Positions 27,850 to 35,326 of a DNA stretch of 35,326 nt are shown here, in pieces (positions within the stretch are counted from its first letter, which is position 1; each line of letters opens with the position of its first letter). This stretch comes from Fidelibacterota bacterium. Its GTDB lineage: Bacteria > Fidelibacterota > Fidelibacteria > Fidelibacterales > DSDE01. The stretch is taken from assembly GCA_046735395.1 (NCBI GenBank), contig JBJKQR010000074.1, forward strand, positions 1 through 35,326. Reading direction: 5' to 3'. The position numbers were made by a program, and so were the translations under genes. Below the pieces are notes generated by a model. That model was not told the origin of the DNA and searched no databases. It saw only the letters and a program-made list of their open reading frames with translations.

Positions 27850-29475
27850 TTACAGCAGCATCCCGGCAATGGTGGCCGTAGTCCAGGACGCGATGGCGCC
27901 TCCGAACATTGCCTTCAGGGCTACTTTAGTCAGAGCCGACCGGCGCTCGGGAGCCAGTGCTCCGATACCGCCGACCTGAATTCCGATGGATGAGAAATTG
28001 GCAAAACCACAGAGGGCATAAATTGAAATGACTTCGGCGCGAATCCCGAGAACCCCGTTGTGCAGATAGGTGGCCAGGGTGCCGTAGGCGACGAATTCAT
28101 TCAGGGACAGTTTCATGCCCAGCAGATTTCCCACCTCGTCCGCATTTTCCCAGGGAACACCCATGAGAAAAGCCAGGGGACGCAGCACAGTTCCGAAGAA
28201 TGTTTTGAGAGAGCCCGGGAAAATCCCCGCGTACTCGCCGTGCACGGGAGACAAGCCGCTTTGAACGGCATATTCCACGAATCCGCCGTGAAGCAGTTTC
28301 CCGTCAATCAGAAAGTCCATCCAGCTCAGCACCATGTCCAGCACGGCGATGAGTGCGATAAATCCGACCAGCATGGCGCCCACGTTCACCGCCAGCTTCA
28401 ACCCGTCGCTGATACCGGAGGAGGCCGCATCAATGAGATTTTCGGATGTGGATATGTTCGGAAGATCCATATCTCCGGCTGTGGCGCTGTGTTCCTTTTC
28501 CGGAAAAATGATTTTCGCCACAACGAGGGCCGCCGGCGCGGACATGACCGATGCCGCAACCAGATGCCCGGCGTCCACGCCCATGGCGATATAACCGGCC
28601 AGAACACCCCCGGCAATGGTCGCAAACCCGCCTACCATCACGGTCAGCAGTTCGGATTCCGTCATTTCCTTCAGAAAGGGTTTGATCAGCAGCGGTGCTT
28701 CGGTCTGGCCGACAAAAATATTTGCGGAACAGCTCATGGTCTCAGCGCCGCTGGTACCCATGGTCCAGCGCATGAACCGGGCCATAGCCAGAATGATGCG
28801 CTGCATGATACCGAAATAGTAGAGAATGCTCATGAAGGCGCCGAAAAAGATAATGGTGGGGAGCACCTTGAAGGCAAACTGATATCCGAATCCGGGCCAG
28901 GTATCCACCCCGGGATAGTAATATTGCGAGATGGCCAGATTCCCGAAGAGAAACTGGGCACCATAATCGGACAGGGACAGAAAATAGGCGATACTGTCCG
29001 AAAATTTTCTGAAGATGGTCTGGCCATAGATCTGGTGGCTGATCATAAAACCCAGGGTCACGAGGACAAGAGCCGATGCCAGAAATTTTCCCGTAATGGC
29101 CTGTTTGAGATAAAAACGGTTCACAGCCCAGGCCAGTATGAGGGCAATCAGAAACCAGGAATAGGGAAGAACCCGCATCAGGCCCCACGCGGCCAGCCCG
29201 CCGACCAGTGCAAAAAGCGCCGGCTGCAGCTGATCCCGGAAGTGAAAAGCCGCCCTTTTGGCATCCGAGCTGAAGATATACAGAACGAGAAGCAGGGAGA
29301 GGATTCCCATTCCCACGAAGGACCAGAAATTCTTCTGCAGGATAATCAGGGCAAAATCAAACTGAAGGGCCAGACCCCACAGGACAGTGCGCATTTTAAT
29401 CTCTTTGCGATGGTAGGACATGGCCCAGGCGATGCCCAGCAAGACAAGCAAACCGGCTAAAGACATGATTCTCAT
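27850..29475 (-). CDS. nupC: Concentrative nucleoside transporter (CNT/NupC family) with extra hydrophobic insertion
   Basis: [56 protein letters not shown], and nucleoside salvage context. Confidence 0.93.
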   Translation of the reverse strand: MRIMSLAGLLVLLGIAWAMSYHRKEIKMRTVLWGLALQFDFALIILQKNFWSFVGMGILSLLLVLYIFSSDAKRAAFHFRDQLQPALFALVGGLAAWGLMRVLPYSWFLIALILAWAVNRFYLKQAITGKFLASALVLVTLGFMISHQIYGQTIFRKFSDSIAYFLSLSDYGAQFLFGNLAISQYYYPGVDTWPGFGYQFAFKVLPTIIFFGAFMSILYYFGIMQRIILAMARFMRWTMGTSGAETMSCSANIFVGQTEAPLLIKPFLKEMTESELLTVMVGGFATIAGGVLAGYIAMGVDAGHLVAASVMSAPAALVVAKIIFPEKEHSATAGDMDLPNISTSENLIDAASSGISDGLKLAVNVGAMLVGFIALIAVLDMVLSWMDFLIDGKLLHGGFVEYAVQSGLSPVHGEYAGIFPGSLKTFFGTVLRPLAFLMGVPWENADEVGNLLGMKLSLNEFVAYGTLATYLHNGVLGIRAEVISIYALCGFANFSSIGIQVGGIGALAPERRSALTKVALKAMFGGAIASWTTATIAGMLL

Positions 29476-30053
29476 GATTTTTCCTTTTCTTCTTCAGGCG
29501 CTTCAAAACAGTGACGGCACCGGGCTTCGTAGCTTTCCATCGCCCCGATGACGACCTGGTCGTTGCTGGCTATCATCCGCTGCGTATAATTGGCCGGAGC
29601 TCCGCAGCGCACACAGATGGCAAGCATCTTTGACACATATTCAGCCTTGGCCATCAGCGCGGGCATGGGGCCGAAGGGAACGGCCCGGTAATCCTTGTCA
29701 AGCCCGGCGATGACAACCCGCTTCCCGCTGTCCGCCAGCTTATCCACGATTTCCACGATTTCATCCGGAAAAAACTGTGCTTCATCGATTCCGATGACCT
29801 GCGCAAAGATGGCATGTTCGAGAATCTCCCGCGGATGCTCAATGACTATGCTCTGTATCTCATTCTGGCTGTGGCTGACGATCTTGGTCTCGTCATAGCG
29901 ATTGTCGATTCGCGGTTTGAAAATGGTAACTTTCTGTTTGGCGATCTGTGCCCGTTTCAGCCGCCGGATCAGTTCCTCGGTCTTTCCGCTGAACATTGAA
30001 CCGGTAATGATTTCCACCCAGCCGGTCCGCGGATGTCCTTCAATGCCAACCAT
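29472..30053 (-). CDS. tdk: Thymidine kinase (type II)
   Basis: [30 protein letters not shown]...CRHC zinc site. Confidence 0.97.
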   Translation of the reverse strand: MVGIEGHPRTGWVEIITGSMFSGKTEELIRRLKRAQIAKQKVTIFKPRIDNRYDETKIVSHSQNEIQSIVIEHPREILEHAIFAQVIGIDEAQFFPDEIVEIVDKLADSGKRVVIAGLDKDYRAVPFGPMPALMAKAEYVSKMLAICVRCGAPANYTQRMIASNDQVVIGAMESYEARCRHCFEAPEEEKEKS

Positions 30054-30074
30054 TGTACCTCGTTTCTTTTTGCT

Positions 30075-30695
30075 CTATTGCTGCAGGAGTGTCCGGATCT
30101 TCGTTTCGAGAAGATCCACGGCCACCTTGTTGTGTGCACCCCGGGGGATAATGATATCAGCGTAGCGTTTGGACGTCTCCACAAAACTTTCGTGCATGGG
30201 ACGTACCGTTCGGTAATATTGATCAATGACCGTATCCAGGCTCCGCTTCCGGTCCCGGATATCCCGCTTCAGGCGCCGGATGAAACGGATGTCCGCCTCC
30301 GTGTCCACAAAGACCTTGATATCCATCAGATCGCGCACGTCCATCTCGTTCATGATCAGGATCCCTTCAATGATGATGACCCGGTGCGGACGGATCACCC
30401 GCGTATTGAGTTTCCGGCTGTGGGTCGAATAATCATACTGTGGGACCTCGATGCTCTGCCCGTCTTTCAGGGCCCGAAGCTGGCTGATGAGTAAATCAAA
30501 CTCGATGGCATCCGGATGGTCAAAATTCCAGTTCCGGATTGATTCCGGATCATAGGACGGCAGATTTTTATAATACCAGTCCTGTTCAATAATCACCGTC
30601 TGTCCCTCGCTGAAATCCTTGACCAGCGACTTGGCGACCGAGGTTTTTCCCGAACCGGTACCACCGGCAATACCAATGACAATGGAATGATTCAT
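30075..30695 (-). CDS. udk: Uridine kinase
   Basis: GIAGGTGSGKT, NFDHPDA, IIEGIL, RRLKRD, VRPMH, YADIIIP. Confidence 0.97.
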   Translation of the reverse strand: MNHSIVIGIAGGTGSGKTSVAKSLVKDFSEGQTVIIEQDWYYKNLPSYDPESIRNWNFDHPDAIEFDLLISQLRALKDGQSIEVPQYDYSTHSRKLNTRVIRPHRVIIIEGILIMNEMDVRDLMDIKVFVDTEADIRFIRRLKRDIRDRKRSLDTVIDQYYRTVRPMHESFVETSKRYADIIIPRGAHNKVAVDLLETKIRTLLQQ

Positions 30696-31087
30696 TTGTT
30701 CAGATCCTCGTGGCCGAAGGCCAGGGGCAGAAGTTCCGACGTCCGGGTCTGTGTCCGGACCGTACCCGTTTCATCCACTAAAAGGATTTCAATATCACCG
30801 CAGACATCGCTGATGACCTGCCGGCAGGCCCCGCAGGGTGCGACCCCCTTTTCACTGCTCACGATCAACAGATCGAATTCACGCTCGCCCTGAACCAGCG
30901 CCGATGCAATGGCATTGCGTTCGGCACAGACTGTCAGGCCGTAGGAACTGCTTTCTACATTCGTTCCGATATAAATCTCGCCGTTTCGGCTCCTGAGGGC
31001 AGCGCCCACCCTGAAGCCGGAATAGGGTGAATAACTGTTTTTTCGGGCCTCCACAGCCTTCGTTATCACTGTTTTATCGCCGGACAT
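30692..31087 (-). CDS. cdd: Cytidine deaminase (homotetrameric type)
   Basis: YSPYSGFRVGAAL, NVE, CAER, PCGACRQ, ELLP. AGGAG SD. Confidence 0.97.
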   Translation of the reverse strand: MSGDKTVITKAVEARKNSYSPYSGFRVGAALRSRNGEIYIGTNVESSSYGLTVCAERNAIASALVQGEREFDLLIVSSEKGVAPCGACRQVISDVCGDIEILLVDETGTVRTQTRTSELLPLAFGHEDLNK

Positions 31088-31099
31088 GCTGTCTCCTGA

Positions 31100-33334
31100 T
31101 TACTGAATGATTCTAAAACGGAACTTCTTTGTCATGACATTGCCCGCAACATCCGTAAGTTCCCACTCCATACTGTGTATGCCGGGCTTCAGGCCCGGAT
31201 CGTCAATTGTCACCACTTTTGTCACAGAGTTATAATAAAAAACTTTCCACGCTCCATCAATGTGAATTTTTATACCCTGTCCATTGCCGAATCCGCTGAG
31301 ATTGTCCCCGATTTCCGCCCAGATCTGCTTGAGATCACGAGCACGGTAAGTGCCCCCGTTTCCGGGCATGCTGTTCAGTATCTCCGGCGCCTGTATATCT
31401 TCCAGTACTGCAAGTATGCCGCCGCCCACACCCTTTACATCTATGTAGGGCCGTTCAGGTTCCACGGCACCGACAGCCAGCGGCTTCCAGAGTCCCTTCT
31501 CTGTATCCAGACTGTATATTCCCATTTTCTGACTGAGAGGAAAGGAATCCTTGAAACGAAAGGCCAGAGACAGTCCGCGCCGCGTCGGAATATCCTCCGG
31601 ATAAAATTGCCAGACTGAACTCAGCAGTTTACCACCGGGAATCTCATCCTTATATGTAAACGGTTTAAACCATACTACCGCATCAGAATAAAAACAATTC
31701 CGGGGGATGATCAAGGCCAGGCTGCTGTCCGCACTCATCCATTCCCGTTTTTCATCCCGGGCCGCGAACAGTGCCGTGATATCCATCTTGTAGACCCATT
31801 CCAGATTTCCTTCCTCGTAGACCGAAATGGATCTGAGATCGGACATCGCCTTCAACGGGATGGGATCGGACATTGCCGAAAACATGGATCGGCGATGCAG
31901 GGGCAATGATTCATAACCCTTTTTCTCCACGGCCAGAAGAAGTTCATGGCTCAGCGGCCGGTCTGAATATAATTCGAAGAGGATGCGGTCACCGAACTGA
32001 TGACTCCGCAGAGAGAGTTTTCCCTCCGCCGGCTGCGTTGTCTGATTAAAATAGAAAAACTGCGGCTCGCTGAGAAAATTCAGGCTGTCCCGGACCTGCA
32101 GGGTCATAACGGAATTACTCGTTTCACGGCGGGACATCACCAGCCGGCCATTCTGCAAATCCTGCGGCAGGAGAATTTTTCTGTCCGTGAGATAGCCGTA
32201 GGGATTGTACTTATCGAGAATGAATTCCCGGGCGGAATGGTTCCGGATAAGGCTGTCGCAGACAATGGTAAAGAAATTGTCAGAAAGGTCCGTGGCAAAT
32301 CTGGCCTGAGGATAGGCGCCGCCGTAAACGACAAATTTCACCGAACTCCGGTTCCCGTGCGTATCTCTCAGCTGAATGACCAGGGTCTGGTATCCGGGCA
32401 GAACATCAATGACACCGTTCAGTGTCGAATCATAGGCGGAAAAGGTCCGGTTTGCATCTTTCGAATACAGGGCATGAAAATCTCCGAACCCATGATCTGC
32501 AAGCCTGTAGTCCCGGTCAAGAACGATCAGGCCGGTCTCATCGAAGGAAAATTTATCAAACTGCTTGACGAATTTCTTTTTCCCCTGATAATACAGAACG
32601 CTCTGGTACACGCCGTTGCTGTTTCCGCTGGCGCTCTGGTCATAGGCCTGAAGGCTTACCAGAATCCGCCCTTTCGCCTGTATCGTGTCCCTGCAGACGT
32701 AAATATCATTTCGGAAATATTCCAGCGGAAAGACACCGTAGGTATTTTCTCCCTGTACCTCGGACTGAATATCAGCGGGAGTCAGAGCCAGCTGCAGGGG
32801 TTTGGGCGCGACCTTGTCTTCAACATCAAATCCGTTTTTCAGCGGATTCAACGGCCGGTCCTGCCGGTCCCTCAGCTCAAAATGGAGATGGGGATACTGG
32901 GTTCCGCTTCCGCCGCTGTAGGCAATCAGCGTACCCTCGCGAACCCGGATTTCATTGGGCGCGAAACTCTTGTCGACGATATTCGTCTTATTCCGTTCCT
33001 TCAGACTGTATACCGTCATTTCCAGCTTCCCGGTAAATTTCAGCAGGTGCGCATAGACCGCCGTCTGGCCATTATCAAGCTTCAGATAGAGAACTTTCCC
33101 GTATCCGTTGGGATGTTCCGAAACCCGGGCGATATAGCCATCACCGACGGCATAACAATCATAGCCGGGCCGGGCCCAGGTCTTGATGTCAATTCCGCTG
33201 TGAAAATGTCCGGCCCGCCGCTCACCGAAGGTACCGGACAGCAGCTGCGGCGCATTGGTCGGCCAGATATAGGCGTCCAGGCCCGCAGTTACGAAAAAAA
33301 ACAGGGTGAAAAGAAAAAGAGTGTGTCGTTTCAT
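31100..33334 (-). CDS. Secreted M23-family metallopeptidase with a long C-terminal region
   Basis: Signal peptide MKRHTLFLFTLFFFVTAGLDA, HFHSGID, GYGK, YAHL, PHLHFELR, NPL. Start reassigned to ATG 33334. Confidence 0.88.
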   Translation of the reverse strand: MKRHTLFLFTLFFFVTAGLDAYIWPTNAPQLLSGTFGERRAGHFHSGIDIKTWARPGYDCYAVGDGYIARVSEHPNGYGKVLYLKLDNGQTAVYAHLLKFTGKLEMTVYSLKERNKTNIVDKSFAPNEIRVREGTLIAYSGGSGTQYPHLHFELRDRQDRPLNPLKNGFDVEDKVAPKPLQLALTPADIQSEVQGENTYGVFPLEYFRNDIYVCRDTIQAKGRILVSLQAYDQSASGNSNGVYQSVLYYQGKKKFVKQFDKFSFDETGLIVLDRDYRLADHGFGDFHALYSKDANRTFSAYDSTLNGVIDVLPGYQTLVIQLRDTHGNRSSVKFVVYGGAYPQARFATDLSDNFFTIVCDSLIRNHSAREFILDKYNPYGYLTDRKILLPQDLQNGRLVMSRRETSNSVMTLQVRDSLNFLSEPQFFYFNQTTQPAEGKLSLRSHQFGDRILFELYSDRPLSHELLLAVEKKGYESLPLHRRSMFSAMSDPIPLKAMSDLRSISVYEEGNLEWVYKMDITALFAARDEKREWMSADSSLALIIPRNCFYSDAVVWFKPFTYKDEIPGGKLLSSVWQFYPEDIPTRRGLSLAFRFKDSFPLSQKMGIYSLDTEKGLWKPLAVGAVEPERPYIDVKGVGGGILAVLEDIQAPEILNSMPGNGGTYRARDLKQIWAEIGDNLSGFGNGQGIKIHIDGAWKVFYYNSVTKVVTIDDPGLKPGIHSMEWELTDVAGNVMTKKFRFRIIQ

Positions 33335-33344
33335 ATTGGCTGGA

Positions 33345-33373
33345 AATTTACCCACCCGCGACCAAAACATCAA
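33345..33373 (-). promoter_or_regulatory. Putative sigma70-type promoter directly upstream of the M23 gene
   Basis: On the minus strand: TTGATG, 17-bp spacer, TAAATT, then only 10 nt to the ATG. Confidence 0.55.
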
Positions 33374-33450
33374 GGTCATTATTGCCTTCCGACGGCATCG
33401 GAAGAGATGGGTATTATGAATAGCGGTGGGTTCGGACCCCGTTTTCCCGA

Positions 33451-35004
33451 TCAGGGCAGCACATTCCGGACCACGTCAATGATGGTTCCGTCCACCCATT
33501 TTATGGCGGCCACGACCTTATCCCCGGTCCGGGGCTGCTCGGGAATGCCGCAGATGGATTCGGCCTCATCCTTCAGATCCTGAATCGTCCGGATGGGCAG
33601 GCCCGAATCTTTGGTTTTTTCGATCAGATCCGGGCGACGCGGATTGATGGCAATACCCCGTTCGGTTACGATGACGTCGATCAGTTCACCCGGGCCGCAG
33701 AGCGTCGTCACCTCGTCCCGGATGACGGGAATGCGGTTTCGAAACAGAGGGATGGGCAGAATCACGGTCTTTGAAAAGAGACAGTTCTGCCAGCCGCCGA
33801 TTCCGTGCAGCAGATAGCCGTCGCTGTGTGTCACCACATTGGCATTGAAATCCACATCCACTTCGGTTGCGCCCAGTATCACCACATCCACCAGATTGGC
33901 AAAATTTCCCTTGCCGTGGTAGTTATAGGACGTGAAGGGAGATGTATCCTGATGGTGTGAATTGTCCCGCATGGACGCCACCCCATCCAGGTCAAAGGTC
34001 TGTCCGTCCAGAATATATCCGATCAGCCCTTCATTCAGCATATCCACGAGATATTTGTTCGATCCGCCCCGGGCAAATGCGGCACGGATTCCCCGTTCCC
34101 GCATGATATCACCGAAATAATTACCGATGCTGAGCGCCGTACCGCCGGCACCGGCCTGAAAGGAAAATCCGTCCCGGATAATTCCCGCCTCATCACAGAA
34201 TCTGGCGGTAAGCTCAGCGATATGCAGACGGTCCGGACTCTTGGTGATCTGTGTCGTTCCCGATACAATCCGTTCGGGAATTCCGATTTTGTCCGTCACA
34301 ACCACCGAATCCACATAATTTCCCTGAATCTGCCAGGGCACACAGGGAAAGGGGACCAGATTGTCCGTCACCACAATGACATTATGGGCATACTGGGAGT
34401 CGGCCAGCGCAAAGCCGAGCAGGCCGCATGCGGAATCACCGCGGACACCGTTCGCATTCCCGAACATGTCGGCGCTGGGTGCGGCAATCACGGCGATATC
34501 AATGACCACTTCCCCGTCCTGCACCGCCTGGTACCGGCCTCCGTGTGAGCGGAGAATGGCGGCACCGTCCATCTTTCCTTCGGAAACATATTTGCCCAGG
34601 GGCCCGTTCATGCTGCCCTCGATATGATGAACAACCCCGCTTTTCAGATGATCAATGATCGGTTCATGACAGGGAAAGGATGCGGAGGGATACCAGACCA
34701 GATCCCGCACTCCCAGCTCAGCCGCAATATCAAAAATCTGATTGGCGATCAGATCGCCGTTCCGGAAATGATGGTGGGTGGAAATAGTCATGCCGTTCTT
34801 CAGCCCGGCCTTCACCAGCGCACTTTTCAGATCTGCAAGCTGCTTGTTTCCGTCAGCGGGATAATCGGCGCAGCTCACCAGCGGCGGTCCGTAGCGCCGG
34901 CCTTCCGGCCGATGTTTGCCCACGCCTTTATAGGGGATGATTTCCTTCCCGTTTATCACAGCCGGAATTTTACGGCCTGCGGCATTTGTAACCCAGTCAG
35001 TCAT
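33451..35004 (-). CDS. citF: Citrate lyase alpha subunit (acyl-ACP/CoA transferase) or a close paralogue
   Basis: TISTHHHFRNGD, RSHGGR, ACGLLG, FSFQAGAGG, QTFD, LGATEVD..FN.NV, GGWQ, PGELIDVIVTERGIAINP. Confidence 0.9.
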   Translation of the reverse strand: MTDWVTNAAGRKIPAVINGKEIIPYKGVGKHRPEGRRYGPPLVSCADYPADGNKQLADLKSALVKAGLKNGMTISTHHHFRNGDLIANQIFDIAAELGVRDLVWYPSASFPCHEPIIDHLKSGVVHHIEGSMNGPLGKYVSEGKMDGAAILRSHGGRYQAVQDGEVVIDIAVIAAPSADMFGNANGVRGDSACGLLGFALADSQYAHNVIVVTDNLVPFPCVPWQIQGNYVDSVVVTDKIGIPERIVSGTTQITKSPDRLHIAELTARFCDEAGIIRDGFSFQAGAGGTALSIGNYFGDIMRERGIRAAFARGGSNKYLVDMLNEGLIGYILDGQTFDLDGVASMRDNSHHQDTSPFTSYNYHGKGNFANLVDVVILGATEVDVDFNANVVTHSDGYLLHGIGGWQNCLFSKTVILPIPLFRNRIPVIRDEVTTLCGPGELIDVIVTERGIAINPRRPDLIEKTKDSGLPIRTIQDLKDEAESICGIPEQPRTGDKVVAAIKWVDGTIIDVVRNVLP

Positions 35005-35326
35005 GCAGTTCCTCCTTCCAGTCTGCGCGGATCTTCCCCGATCTCACAGCCAGGTCCATCGTATGAAAAGCCCGTTTCACCACCGGCGCGTCAATCATTT
35101 TTGATCCCAGGCTCACAACGCCCAGGCCTTTTTTCTCCGCCTCCATGAAAGCCCCGCAAATAGCCAGTGCCTTGTCTATTTCCTTCTGGCCGGGAGCATA
35201 TCCCTCATGAATCACGTCTATCTGCCGGGGATGGATACAGCCCATTCCATCGAAGCCAAGCCCCTGTGAAACTCTGATATTTTCAGCCAGCGCCTCCATA
35301 TCCGTCACATCGGAGAAGACGGAATC
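34997..35326 (-). CDS. citE: Citrate lyase beta subunit (CitE/HpcH family), 3' part only, truncated by the window edge
   Basis: The frame is open to the edge (DSVFSDVTD...), with LGFDGMGCIHPRQI and GVVSLGSKMIDAPVV. It overlaps citF by 8 nt. Confidence 0.88.
   Translation of the reverse strand, partial: DSVFSDVTDMEALAENIRVSQGLGFDGMGCIHPRQIDVIHEGYAPGQKEIDKALAICGAFMEAEKKGLGVVSLGSKMIDAPVVKRAFHTMDLAVRSGKIRADWKEELHD

Noticed and set aside
28060..29460. 466-aa plus-strand ORF
   Set aside because: It is the antisense shadow of nupC, with the His/Gln-rich composition expected from reverse-read hydrophobic codons.
33415..33445. GGGTTCGGACCCC resembling a tRNA T-arm
   Set aside because: No acceptor, D or anticodon arms can be built around it.
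32000..33583. 527-aa plus-strand ORF
   Set aside because: It is antisense to the motif-supported M23 gene and the citF end, has no recognisable motifs, and looks like a shadow ORF.

Overview
Gene-dense bacterial chromosomal window, roughly balanced to slightly GC-rich by eye. It is probably from an FCB-superphylum organism; this is an inference from a T9SS/FlgD-type C-terminal domain and TA(A/T)ATT -10 boxes. I see no rRNA, tRNA, CRISPR array, prophage, transposase or recognisable defence system. From left to right: (1) a ~530 bp non-coding patch packed with several different REP-like palindromes; (2) a minus-strand cytoplasmic signalling cluster (PAS histidine kinase, Rcp1-like receiver, 1099-aa REC-PAS-GAF-PAS-PAS-HK-REC hybrid, lone receiver, STAS/SEC14-like protein, HI0933 flavoprotein) and a Sad/GabD-type aldehyde dehydrogenase; (3) a 1300-aa secreted protein with five lamin-tail domains; (4) lipid kinase, alpha/beta hydrolase, short SerA and DUF1015; (5) AlkD-like repair gene; (6) hypothetical protein, HD-fold protein with an AD motif, CDF transporter and beta-decarboxylating dehydrogenase; (7) a ~13.6 kb minus-strand run citE-citF, M23 peptidase, cdd-udk-tdk-nupC, menF-menD-menH-menC, membrane protein and L,D-transpeptidase-like lipoprotein. 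Most content is housekeeping. The best leads for something undescribed are the dehydrogenase combining a homoisocitrate-type substrate site with NADP-type cofactor residues (with the AD-motif HD protein and citrate-lyase-like genes nearby), the multi-family REP cluster, the SerA-DUF1015 pair, the repeat-built LTD protein and a CNT transporter with extra membrane helices. All protein calls come from motif recognition by eye, not from database searches.
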